Source: an uncultured Phycisphaerales bacterium (GTDB taxonomy: Bacteria; Planctomycetota; Phycisphaerae; Tepidisphaerales; Tepidisphaeraceae). Taken from it: 64,000 nucleotides of DNA. The notes beneath the pieces are model-generated. The model saw only the letters and a program-made list of their open reading frames with translations. It searched no databases and was not told where the DNA came from. The position numbers and the translations under genes are program-made. Position 1 is the stretch's first letter; each line of letters opens with the position of its first letter. This document shows, piece by piece, positions 20,824 through 29,489 of this stretch. The stretch spans positions 4,512,001 to 4,576,000 of the forward strand of contig CAVWVQ010000003.1 in assembly GCA_963758525.1 (NCBI GenBank). The letters run 5' to 3'.

Positions 20824-21227
20824 ATGCCCTTCATGTTCGAAAACCTCCAAGTCTACCAGAAGTCCGTGGACCTCGCCGACCGCATCGCCGCCTTGACCCA
20901 GAACTTCCCCCGCGGCTACTACTTTCTCACCGATCAACTCAATCGTGCCGTTGTCTCCATCGCCACCAATCTGGCCGAGGGCAATGGTCGGTTCACCAAG
21001 GCTGATCGCCGCAATTTCTTCACCATCGCCCGCGGCTCCGTCCAGGAGTGCGTCCCTCTGCTGGAAATCTCTCGGCGGTCCTTGACGCCGATCATGACGC
21101 TCTCAAGAACAACCTCGAAGAAATTCCCAGAATGCTCTCCGGCCTCATTACCGGCTTGGACAAACGGGAGGGACCGCGAGAAGCCGGCAAGGCAAATGAA
21201 AGGAGCATTTTCAATAATCAATTGTGA
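20824..21227 (+). CDS. Four-helix-bundle protein (23S rRNA IVS-like), frameshift ~21080
   Basis: FENLQVYQKS, LTDQLNRAVVSIATNLAEGNGR, FFTIARGSVQEC; second frame LKNNLEEIPRMLSGLI. Confidence 0.85.
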
Positions 21228-21325
21228 CCCATTGCGACCCCTTTTGCATTTTTGCCTTTTGCATTTTCAGTAGTGAGCCCTTTTGCATTTTCCAGATTAA
21301 ATTCGATGCATTTCGCGTACTGCCT

Positions 21326-21415
21326 TCACAGTTGCGACCAACCGCCGTCGACGGGAAGTTCGGCACCGGTCGTGAAGGTCGCGTCGAACGCAAGGAAGAG
21401 GACGGCCTTCGCGAT
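21326..21415 (-). pseudogene. SDR C-terminal remnant
   Basis: [29 protein letters not shown] with no N-terminus. Confidence 0.7.
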
Positions 21416-21485
21416 CGCTTATGAACCATTTGGTACGATAATAGGTGCGATCGCCGCAATCTCCGCCCCTTCGGGACACCGCTTC

Positions 21486-22445
21486 TCAAGTTGCTGCGGG
21501 AGAGAAACCGACGCCAGAGACCTTGACGACGGCCTGCCACGCGGCTTCCTGGCTGGCGCGATCGTGGAGGTGTGGATGGCGCTGCGCCTCAATTGGGCCT
21601 GAGAACTTCCCTTGAGCCGAGGCGAAGAATTGCCCTGAGACGTCGGTCCCGAACTCCGACGCCTGCAGGTACCGACGGGCCGCGGTTTCCGGCGTCTGAT
21701 TCATGCCGGGAATGAGGTTCACGATTGGGATAAACACATACTTCAACAACGGGCCAGCGTTTCGCACCACCCTGGTGGCGGTCGCGCCACCGGGCGAGAC
21801 AGCGTATACGGCCATGCCGGAGGGTAAACGGCGAGCCAGCGCCGCGACCCACCAGGCGATAATGAGCTTCGCGTCGGCATACGCATTGTTGGGCACGTAC
21901 TTCACGTTCGGCCCGTTGCGAATCAGGGCTTCCACAGCGGCGGTTCGGTCACCCTGGTGGTATTTGGCGGCGAAGGCTGGCACGTCGGTGTACTTGAACA
22001 TGGGGACGCCCCCGCGGGCTGGCTCTGCGCCGGCGACAACAATTCTCGCGGTGGGGCTAAGAAGGTTGGCGCGAAGCAGCCCGACAGTCAGTTGATGATG
22101 GCCGATCAGCGGGGCCTGAGAAGCCTCGACGCCTGCGGCCGTGATCACGCGCGCCTTGGTAGGGACCAGCCCGGCATTGAGCAGCAGGAAATCGATCGGT
22201 TGACCTAGCTTGACCAGTTCGGCCAAAGCGGACTGAACGCTTGTCGGCGAACCCAGGTCCAACTCCAGCGGCGTGAAGACCTGTGTCTTTGTCTCGGCCG
22301 CAAGCTGAGAAACTGTTTTCTGGACCTGAGACAGGCTGCGGCCGGTGACGATGACCTGACGGTAGCCCTTGTTGGCGAGCAGGCTTGCTGCCGCATAACC
22401 CAGCCCGGAGGTGGTCCCGGTGACGAGAGCGATCGAATGTTCCAT
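21486..22445 (-). CDS. SDR family oxidoreductase
   Basis: LVTGTTSGLG; LLNAG; YADAK. Confidence 0.88.
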   Translation of the reverse strand: MEHSIALVTGTTSGLGYAAASLLANKGYRQVIVTGRSLSQVQKTVSQLAAETKTQVFTPLELDLGSPTSVQSALAELVKLGQPIDFLLLNAGLVPTKARVITAAGVEASQAPLIGHHQLTVGLLRANLLSPTARIVVAGAEPARGGVPMFKYTDVPAFAAKYHQGDRTAAVEALIRNGPNVKYVPNNAYADAKLIIAWWVAALARRLPSGMAVYAVSPGGATATRVVRNAGPLLKYVFIPIVNLIPGMNQTPETAARRYLQASEFGTDVSGQFFASAQGKFSGPIEAQRHPHLHDRASQEAAWQAVVKVSGVGFSPAAT

Positions 22446-22514
22446 TGGGCGTCTCCGTGGCAAAGGGTGAAGGTCGAGTCGTGAGGCCCCGCGAGGACAG
22501 AGCCAGCTTGCCGA

Positions 22515-22586
22515 TTTTGAACTATTCGGTTATATATTGGTGCGATGGCCCCAGTCAAGGAGTATTGAACTAAATGTTTCAAAATA
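22515..22586. promoter_or_regulatory. Putative TetR operators
   Basis: Two related imperfect palindromes, ttttgaactattcggttata and ttgaactaaatgtttcaa, between the divergent SDR and TetR genes. Confidence 0.4.
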
Positions 22587-23209
22587 CCGCCAGGACGCGT
22601 GGACGGCCGCGCAGCTTCGACGAGAGCGACGCTCTGAAAAAGGCGACCCAGGTATTCTGGTCGAAGGGCTACGACGGAGTGACGATTGACGATCTCGTCG
22701 CCGGGATGGGTGTGGGACGGCCGAGCCTGTATTCAGTCTTCGGCGACAAGCGGAAGTTATTCTTGCGCGTCCTCAAGGATTATGCGGAGAAGAAAGGCGC
22801 TCTCGCCGCGAAGGCGCTGCTGTCGCCGCAGACGCTTCGCGACTCGGTCACGGGCTTTCTGAGGTACGCGGTCGAAAGTGCGACCGAGAAACGGTCCGCA
22901 CGGGGCTGCCTTCTGGTGTGCGTCGCGCCGCTTGTGGACGACGCTGAGGTTCAGCGGTTCATGCAAAAAGCGGCCGCCGGTGGCGCCGCGCTGGTGGAAG
23001 GTCGTTTCCGGGCCGCAATCATCGCTGGAGAAATCCCATCGGACTTTCCCGTAGCCGTGCGCGCGATCCAGGTCACGGACTTTGCTCGTGGCCTGACCAT
23101 GCGTGCGAAGTTAGGGACGCCGCGCAAGACGCTTCTCAGGGATGCCGAAGAAGCGGCCGACTTGGTGCTCCAGCCGCGACTGAAGGCCATCGGCGAGCAG
23201 AAGCTATAG
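22574..23209 (+). CDS. TetR/AcrR family regulator
   Basis: RGRPRSFD..FWSKGYDGVTIDDL..GVGRPSLYSVFGDK. Confidence 0.93.
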   Translation: MFQNTARTRGRPRSFDESDALKKATQVFWSKGYDGVTIDDLVAGMGVGRPSLYSVFGDKRKLFLRVLKDYAEKKGALAAKALLSPQTLRDSVTGFLRYAVESATEKRSARGCLLVCVAPLVDDAEVQRFMQKAAAGGAALVEGRFRAAIIAGEIPSDFPVAVRAIQVTDFARGLTMRAKLGTPRKTLLRDAEEAADLVLQPRLKAIGEQKL

Positions 23210-23280
23210 CGAGCCCTCACATTTCTCTTTCGGGTTCATGCCGTTATAAATCCGGATCGCGCTGCAAAGGAAGCGGCACT

Positions 23281-23883
23281 ATGGATGAACCCATCCCCGG
23301 ATACGCCTTCGGCTCCGCGGGTATTCCACACGCCCGGATCACACTGGCGGAGCTGGCCGCGCTGCGACTCAGCGTCGGCTTGAGCTCTCAAGATTGCCAG
23401 GCCCTGTCACGTGCGGGAGATATCCTTGCCGGCCAGACGCATCAGATCGTGCAGCACTGGCGGGCCGGGATTATCGCGTCAATTCCTCATCTGGCGCGGC
23501 ACTCCAGATCACTCGATGATCAACCGCTGCCCGACTACCTCAAACGCAGCAACCGTCGATTCGAACAGTGGATCCTCGACACGTGCCGCCGTCCGTACGA
23601 CCAGGACTGGCTGAATTACCAGATGGAGATCGCACGCAGGCATACGCCGGCGAAGAAGAACCAGACGGACGGCGTGCAATCAACGCCGTTCGTGCCGCTC
23701 CGCGACATCATCGGCTTCGTCGCCGTGATGAACCAGACGATCAAACCGTATCTCGGCAGCACTGGCGCGTCCGCCGCAGACATCGAGCAAATGCACCAGG
23801 CCTGGTGTAAGTCCTTGCAATTGCAGATTGCGCTCTGGGCGAAACTTTACGCTGATCCGGACGCCGCGCCGGGTCAGTGGTGA
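23281..23883 (+). CDS. Protoglobin
   Basis: IPGYAFG; RFEQWILDTC; DWLNYQMEIARRH (proximal His); KKNQTD; AWCKS..LQIALW. Confidence 0.9.
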   Translation: MDEPIPGYAFGSAGIPHARITLAELAALRLSVGLSSQDCQALSRAGDILAGQTHQIVQHWRAGIIASIPHLARHSRSLDDQPLPDYLKRSNRRFEQWILDTCRRPYDQDWLNYQMEIARRHTPAKKNQTDGVQSTPFVPLRDIIGFVAVMNQTIKPYLGSTGASAADIEQMHQAWCKSLQLQIALWAKLYADPDAAPGQW

Positions 23884-23913
23884 TGGCCAATATCCAATCG
23901 GAGAACCCTTATC

Positions 23914-25314
23914 GTGAACGTTGAAAGCTACCGCAACGTGATCATCGGCAGCGGCGAAGGGGGCAAGAGCCTTGCCTGGCACTTCGCCGCACAGGGCGAG
24001 CGCACGATCGTCATTGAACGCCGCTGGGTGGGCGGGTCGTGCCCCAATACGAACTGCCTGCCGAGCAAAAATGAGATTTGGAGCGCAAAGGTGGCCGACC
24101 TGGTCCGCCACGGGGCGCAATTCGGCGTGACCATACCGCAGTTCTCGATCGACATGAAGGCGGTGGTCCAATGGAAGCGCCGCATGGTGGCCGATCTGGT
24201 TCGGATCCACCTCGAAAAATACCGAGCAACCGGAGCGGAACTGGTCATGGGCACTGCGCGCTTCGTCGGGCCGAAGACGACCGAAATCGCATTGAACCAC
24301 GGCGGTACGCGGACGGTGGCGGGCGAGCGCCTCTTTCTGAATCTGGGCACCCGGCCGGCACTCCCGGCGGTGGCCGGCCTGGCGGATGCGGGGCCGCTCA
24401 CGCACATTGAGATGCTCGAGCTGGATCATCTGCCCGAGCACCTTATCGTCGTCGGCGGCGGGTACGTGGGCCTGGAGTTCGCGCAGGCGTACCGCCGGTT
24501 TGGAAGCGACGTCACGATTGTTCAGCACGGGCCGCAACTGCTGGCAGGTCAGGATCCCGACGCGGCCGAGGCCGTTCGGCAACTGCTGGTCGACGAGGGA
24601 ATCAACGTTCTCGTCTCCACCGAAATGGCCGGCGTGACGGGCAAATGCGGTGAGAGCGTTGCCGTCACTCTGCGGACCGCCGCTGGCGAGCGGGTGGTCC
24701 GCGGCACGCACCTGATGGTGGCCACGGGCAGAATCCCCAACACAGCCGGGATCGGCCTCGAGCAACTGGGTGTCGAATTGGACGCCCGCGGATGGCTGAA
24801 AGTGAACGATCGACTCGAAACGACTGCCCCCGAGGTGTGGGGCATCGGCGAATGCGCCGGCACGCCGCAGTTCACGCACGTGTCGTACGACGACTACCGG
24901 ATCATTCGCGACAACCTCGGCGGGGGAAGCCGGACCACCGCGGATCGCGTGATCCCGTCCTGCCTATACACCGATCCGCCGCTGGCGCATATCGGCCTGA
25001 CGGAAACACAAGGCCAGCGGAGCGGTAGGCGCTTGCGGGTGGCCCGTATCCCGATGGGCGCGGTGCTTCGCAGCCGGACGTTGGACGAAACGCGCGGGTT
25101 CATGAAAGCGTTGATCGGAGATGACGACCGCATTCTCGGCTTCACGATGTTCGGCCCCGAGGCCGGCGAAGTGATGGCCGTCGTGCAGACGGCCATGCTT
25201 GCGGGGCTTGCGTACACCGCCCTGCGTGACGCGGTGCTGGCCCACCCGACCATGGCCGAGGGGCTCAACGTTCTGTTCTCCGGCGTCCGGCCGGTGGGCT
25301 CCGTGGCCCATTGA
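23914..25314 (+). CDS. Pyridine nucleotide-disulfide oxidoreductase (RclA/MerA-like, no C-terminal CC)
   Basis: IGSGEGG; GGSCPNTNCLPSK; GGGYVGLE; HPTMAEGL. Confidence 0.9.
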   Translation: MNVESYRNVIIGSGEGGKSLAWHFAAQGERTIVIERRWVGGSCPNTNCLPSKNEIWSAKVADLVRHGAQFGVTIPQFSIDMKAVVQWKRRMVADLVRIHLEKYRATGAELVMGTARFVGPKTTEIALNHGGTRTVAGERLFLNLGTRPALPAVAGLADAGPLTHIEMLELDHLPEHLIVVGGGYVGLEFAQAYRRFGSDVTIVQHGPQLLAGQDPDAAEAVRQLLVDEGINVLVSTEMAGVTGKCGESVAVTLRTAAGERVVRGTHLMVATGRIPNTAGIGLEQLGVELDARGWLKVNDRLETTAPEVWGIGECAGTPQFTHVSYDDYRIIRDNLGGGSRTTADRVIPSCLYTDPPLAHIGLTETQGQRSGRRLRVARIPMGAVLRSRTLDETRGFMKALIGDDDRILGFTMFGPEAGEVMAVVQTAMLAGLAYTALRDAVLAHPTMAEGLNVLFSGVRPVGSVAH

Positions 25315-25427
25315 AAGACGCGGGCGTGAATTGGTTCCACCTGGAACCCCATGATGCTGTTAAGCCGCCGTAAATTTGTTGCCTTCACCACCGCAACAGT
25401 ACCTCCGTTTTCCTCAAGGAGCTGATT

Positions 25428-26072
25428 ATGTCCAAGGTTCGTGTCGCAGGTTTCTCGATATCCATTGATGGCTTCGGTGCGGGACCCAACCAACGCCTCG
25501 AAGACCCGCTCGGGCAGCGCGGCCCCGAGCTTTTCCAGTGGTTCTTTCCAACCGCGTTCTTTTGCGACATGATCGGTAAGGGTGGAGGCGAGACGGGCGT
25601 GGACAATGATCACGCGGCGCGGTCGATGAGCAACTTCGGGGCTTTTATCCTCGGCCGCAACATGTTCGGGCCGGTGCGCGGGCCATGGCCGAACGAAGAA
25701 TGGAAAGGGTGGTGGGGCGAAAACCCTCCGTACCACGCGCCGACATTTATCCTCACACACTACGCCCGCGCACCGATCACGCTGCAGGGCGGAACGACGT
25801 TCTACTTCGTGACCGACGGCATCGAGTCGGCTCTCCGGCAGGCGAAAGCGGCCGCGGGCGACAAGGATGTCAAGATCGGCGGCGGCGTTGCGACGGTGCG
25901 ACAATATCTCGAAATCGACGCGATCGACGAGATGCAGTTAGCAGTTTCGCCTGTTGTTCTCGGGCGCGGCGAGAATTTATTAGCGGGCATTGATCTGGCC
26001 ACGATGGGTTTCAAGGTGATCGAACACACGCCAACGGCTCGGGCTACGCACATCCTGCTCTCCAAAGCCTGA
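25428..26072 (+). CDS. Dihydrofolate reductase/RibD C-terminal family protein
   Basis: SISIDGFGAGP; ILGRNMF; GGGVATVRQYL. Confidence 0.88.
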   Translation: MSKVRVAGFSISIDGFGAGPNQRLEDPLGQRGPELFQWFFPTAFFCDMIGKGGGETGVDNDHAARSMSNFGAFILGRNMFGPVRGPWPNEEWKGWWGENPPYHAPTFILTHYARAPITLQGGTTFYFVTDGIESALRQAKAAAGDKDVKIGGGVATVRQYLEIDAIDEMQLAVSPVVLGRGENLLAGIDLATMGFKVIEHTPTARATHILLSKA

Positions 26073-26160
26073 AGGCTGATAGCGCAACTCGTCAGTCGTT
26101 CTACCCATTTCATCGTGGTAGCCGCCCAGGTCGGCGCAGTATCGATGCAGTGAGAAATAA

Positions 26161-27582
26161 ATGAACAGGAAAAGAGCAAGGGTAAAATTACCATCGGTCT
26201 TTCTGTGTTGCGCATTGGCTATGGCAGGGTCGGCCGCTCTCGCAGATGCGCCGGTTCACTTGGTTGTCACCGTTGATCCGCAGGCGAGCAAGAGTGAGAT
26301 TTCCACCGAGGCCGAAGGACTGAGCTACGAATCTGCCGTACTCCAGCCCGACCGGGAAGGCGGCCATTACTTCAGTCCCCGCAACACCACGTTGATTCGC
26401 CTGTTCCGCACCGTCGGCGTCAAGAGCTTGCGTCTGGGGGGCGTCACCGTCGATTTGCCAAACCTCGTCATCACTCAAGCAGACATTGATGAGTTGTTCG
26501 AGTTCGCCCGGGCGGCGGATGTGAAGGTCATCTACAGCTTCCGCCTCAAAGACGGCGATATCCAGGCGATCAAGCCGTTGGCCAGGCATATCTTCGATCG
26601 TTACGCGGCGAACCTAGATTGCATCGCCTTCGGCAATGAGCCGAACGAGTTCATGGCAAACTACGCGATGTACGAAAAGGCTTGGATGCCCTTCCTTGAT
26701 GCCGTCAGCCAGGAGAATCCAGGAATGAAGTTTTGCGGCCCCAGCGCTTGGAAAGAGGATTGGGCGCGTCAGTTCGCCATCGACATCAGCGATGAACGGG
26801 CAAAGAGGATAGCCTTCGTCGCGCAGCATGTGTATGCCTTCGGCCCCCAAAAACTGGTGAAAGACAACACCTCCGCTCGAGACCGCATGTTGTCCGTCCG
26901 CGACTACGATAACTCGTACCGTCGGTTCGTTCCGACGATACTCGAACGCGGGCTGCATTACCGGATCGAAGAATCCAGCAATTACTCCAACGGGGGCCGG
27001 GAAGATGTCAGCGACACTTATGCCGCGGCGCTGTGGGCGCTGGACTATCTTTACTGGTGGTGCGCGCACGATTCCCTGGGCGTCAACTTCCACACCGGCG
27101 ACCGCCAGCACTACTCAGCGTTCAAGACCGCGGCTGACGGATATGAAATCCGCCCGCTGTCCTACGGCCTGCTCGCCTTCAGTCTAGGCGGACACGGCCG
27201 ATTCATCGCAACGAAAACCGAAATGCCTGGAGATCCTCTTCCGTCAGACCTCAGGGTATATGCGACGAAGACCGTGACAGATGATATTTTCGTTACGCTT
27301 ATCAACCGTTCTCACGGCGTTGCCGGGCGTGCAGCCCAGGTTTCAGTAGTGCTGCCCGACTCGTTTTCTAAAATGCACGCCGAAGTGTGCTACCTGGCTG
27401 CACCGAACAGTAACATTTCCGCTAAGATCGGCATCACCATTGGAGGTGCTGAAATCGGTCGCGATGGTGGTTGGAACGGCAAGTGGTCGGTCCTGGCCGC
27501 TTCGGTCGACGAGCACCAGATTCAGATCAATGTTCCGGCAGCTTCCGCGGCCATGCTGAAACTCACCAAAGCGGAGCGGTAA
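26161..27582 (+). CDS. Secreted GH79-like glycoside hydrolase
   Basis: Signal peptide; GLSYE; LRLGG; GNEPN; EESSNYSNGG..VSDTYAAALWALDY; GVNFH. Confidence 0.75.
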   Translation: MNRKRARVKLPSVFLCCALAMAGSAALADAPVHLVVTVDPQASKSEISTEAEGLSYESAVLQPDREGGHYFSPRNTTLIRLFRTVGVKSLRLGGVTVDLPNLVITQADIDELFEFARAADVKVIYSFRLKDGDIQAIKPLARHIFDRYAANLDCIAFGNEPNEFMANYAMYEKAWMPFLDAVSQENPGMKFCGPSAWKEDWARQFAIDISDERAKRIAFVAQHVYAFGPQKLVKDNTSARDRMLSVRDYDNSYRRFVPTILERGLHYRIEESSNYSNGGREDVSDTYAAALWALDYLYWWCAHDSLGVNFHTGDRQHYSAFKTAADGYEIRPLSYGLLAFSLGGHGRFIATKTEMPGDPLPSDLRVYATKTVTDDIFVTLINRSHGVAGRAAQVSVVLPDSFSKMHAEVCYLAAPNSNISAKIGITIGGAEIGRDGGWNGKWSVLAASVDEHQIQINVPAASAAMLKLTKAER

Positions 27583-27626
27583 GAAGAGAATAGCAACCAT
27601 GCGATGCCGCTTTGATGCAAATAACA

Positions 27627-29270
27627 TCATGAAGACGTGCGAGATTTTCCCCTACGGCTGGCGGCGAAGATGCTGGCAGCCACGGCGAGCAATTCGGATG
27701 CTTCAACGGGTTTTGGCAGGTGCATCTGAAAGCCGGCCATGAGGGCGCGGCGCCGATCTTCGGAGCGGGCGAACGCCGTGAGCGCGACGGCTGGCGTGTC
27801 GCCGCCTTCGGCGTCGGAGAGCTGACGGAGCTTCGAGAGAAACTCGTAACCATCTTCGCCGGGCATCCCGATGTCGCTGAGGATCATATCGGGGCGATGC
27901 TTTCTAACGGCTTCAAGACCTTCAGCGGCGCTGGCGGCGCTGGTGACAGCGGCACCGCAGGTGCTAAGCATGTGCTGGATCATCGTCCGTGCATCCGGCT
28001 CATCGTCAACAACCAGAACATGGAATCCGTCAAGATCCGGACACTTTATCGCCCCCGATGATGCAGAAGGCGCGGGCGTCAAGGGGGCTTCGTCTTGTGC
28101 GGGGTGAAGCACGGTAAGCGGCAGGGATACGGTAAACGTGGCACCTTGATTGACGCCGAGGCTGGAAGCTTTGACGGTCCCACCGTGCAATTCAACGAGT
28201 GATTTCACCAGCGCCAATCCCAACCCCAATCCCCCGTGCCGGCGTGCTTCTGACGTCTCAGCTTGCGAGAAGCGGGTGAACAAATGGGGAAGGAAGTCGG
28301 CTGATATCCCCTGGCCGGAGTCGGTGACGGTAATCTCGGTGTGAGAATTCACCCGGCGAAGGAAGACCTGAATTCGCCCGCCACGCGGAGTAAACTTGAC
28401 GGAATTGGACAGCAGGTTCCAGAGGACCTGGTGGAGGCGGTTGGGGTCGCCGGTGATCAGCCCGCCGCGCGGATCGAGCACTTTGGTGAGGCGAATGCCC
28501 TTGGCCTGGGCGGCGGGACGAAACGACTCGATGGCTTCCGATACCACGGCCGGAAGATCAACCGGCTGGACTTCCAATCGCAACTTGCCGTTCATGATCC
28601 GCGACATATCGAGAAGTTCTTCGATGAGTTGGGCCTGTGCGCGTGCGTTGCGTTCGATCGTTTCCAGCCCCTGCTGAAGGTCTTCGGGGGCCGACGCGCC
28701 GTCGGAGCGAAGAATGCTGGCCCAGCCGAGGATCGCATTGAGGGGCGTGCGCAGCTCGTGCGAGAGGGTTGCTAGAAATTCGTCCTTCACGCGTCCGATG
28801 CGTTCGGCTTCTGCCCGGGCAGCTTTCTCCCGTTCGAGCAGATCCTCACGTTCGCGAAGAACGCGCTTGATGCTGGTGATGTCGCGGGCAATTTTAGAGA
28901 CCCCGATGACGCGCCCTGAGGGGTCTTTCACGGGGGAGATGGTGACGGAGATATCCAACTGGCGTCCGTCCTTGTGGACGCGGACGGTTTCGAAGTGATC
29001 GACGCGTTGTCCGCGACGAAGCTGCTCGAGGATCTTCGGCTCCTCATCCAGGCGATCGGGGGGAAATAGAACGGTGATGGACTTCCCGATCATTTCCTCG
29101 GCTGTATAGCCGAACATCCGCTCGGCAGATGGATTCCAGCTTCGAACAATGCCTTGAAGATCCTTGCTGATGATCGCGTCGTCGGAAGACGCGATGATAG
29201 CCGAGAGTAACGCTTGCGCTTCCTCAATGGAGCCAAGCTCGGCGTCGTAAATCGGCTCATTATGATCCAT
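27627..29270 (-). CDS. PAS hybrid sensor histidine kinase/receiver
   Basis: PAS (SSDDAIISKDLQG); LSHELRTPLNAI; NLLSNSVKFT; GLGLGL; REC domain SDIGMP. Confidence 0.95.
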   Translation of the reverse strand: MDHNEPIYDAELGSIEEAQALLSAIIASSDDAIISKDLQGIVRSWNPSAERMFGYTAEEMIGKSITVLFPPDRLDEEPKILEQLRRGQRVDHFETVRVHKDGRQLDISVTISPVKDPSGRVIGVSKIARDITSIKRVLREREDLLEREKAARAEAERIGRVKDEFLATLSHELRTPLNAILGWASILRSDGASAPEDLQQGLETIERNARAQAQLIEELLDMSRIMNGKLRLEVQPVDLPAVVSEAIESFRPAAQAKGIRLTKVLDPRGGLITGDPNRLHQVLWNLLSNSVKFTPRGGRIQVFLRRVNSHTEITVTDSGQGISADFLPHLFTRFSQAETSEARRHGGLGLGLALVKSLVELHGGTVKASSLGVNQGATFTVSLPLTVLHPAQDEAPLTPAPSASSGAIKCPDLDGFHVLVVDDEPDARTMIQHMLSTCGAAVTSAASAAEGLEAVRKHRPDMILSDIGMPGEDGYEFLSKLRQLSDAEGGDTPAVALTAFARSEDRRRALMAGFQMHLPKPVEASELLAVAASIFAASRRGKSRTSS

Positions 29271-29431
29271 TGTTTTAAAAACCGGGCTTCCACGCAGCCG
29301 CCAGATGCCGTCTGAAAATAACCAGACTTGGACATTGCGCCTATGTGGAAATTGCGCTGGCCAACAGACAGTCTAATGTAAGGGGCCTGGACGGTTAATC
29401 TTACCACGGGCACCAGTCAGTTGAGCGCAAC

Positions 29432-29465
29432 AAAAACCCCGGGACCGTCCGACTAGGTCCCGGGG
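29432..29465 (-). terminator. Intrinsic terminator
   Basis: 10-bp stem ccccgggacc/ggtcccgggg with a U-tract on the minus strand, downstream of the G8 gene. Confidence 0.75.
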
Positions 29466-29489
29466 CTTTCTAGTGCTCTGTTTGAGACG

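Noticed and set aside
23914..25314. Mercuric reductase MerA
   Set aside because: Lacks the C-terminal Cys-Cys pair and mer operon context
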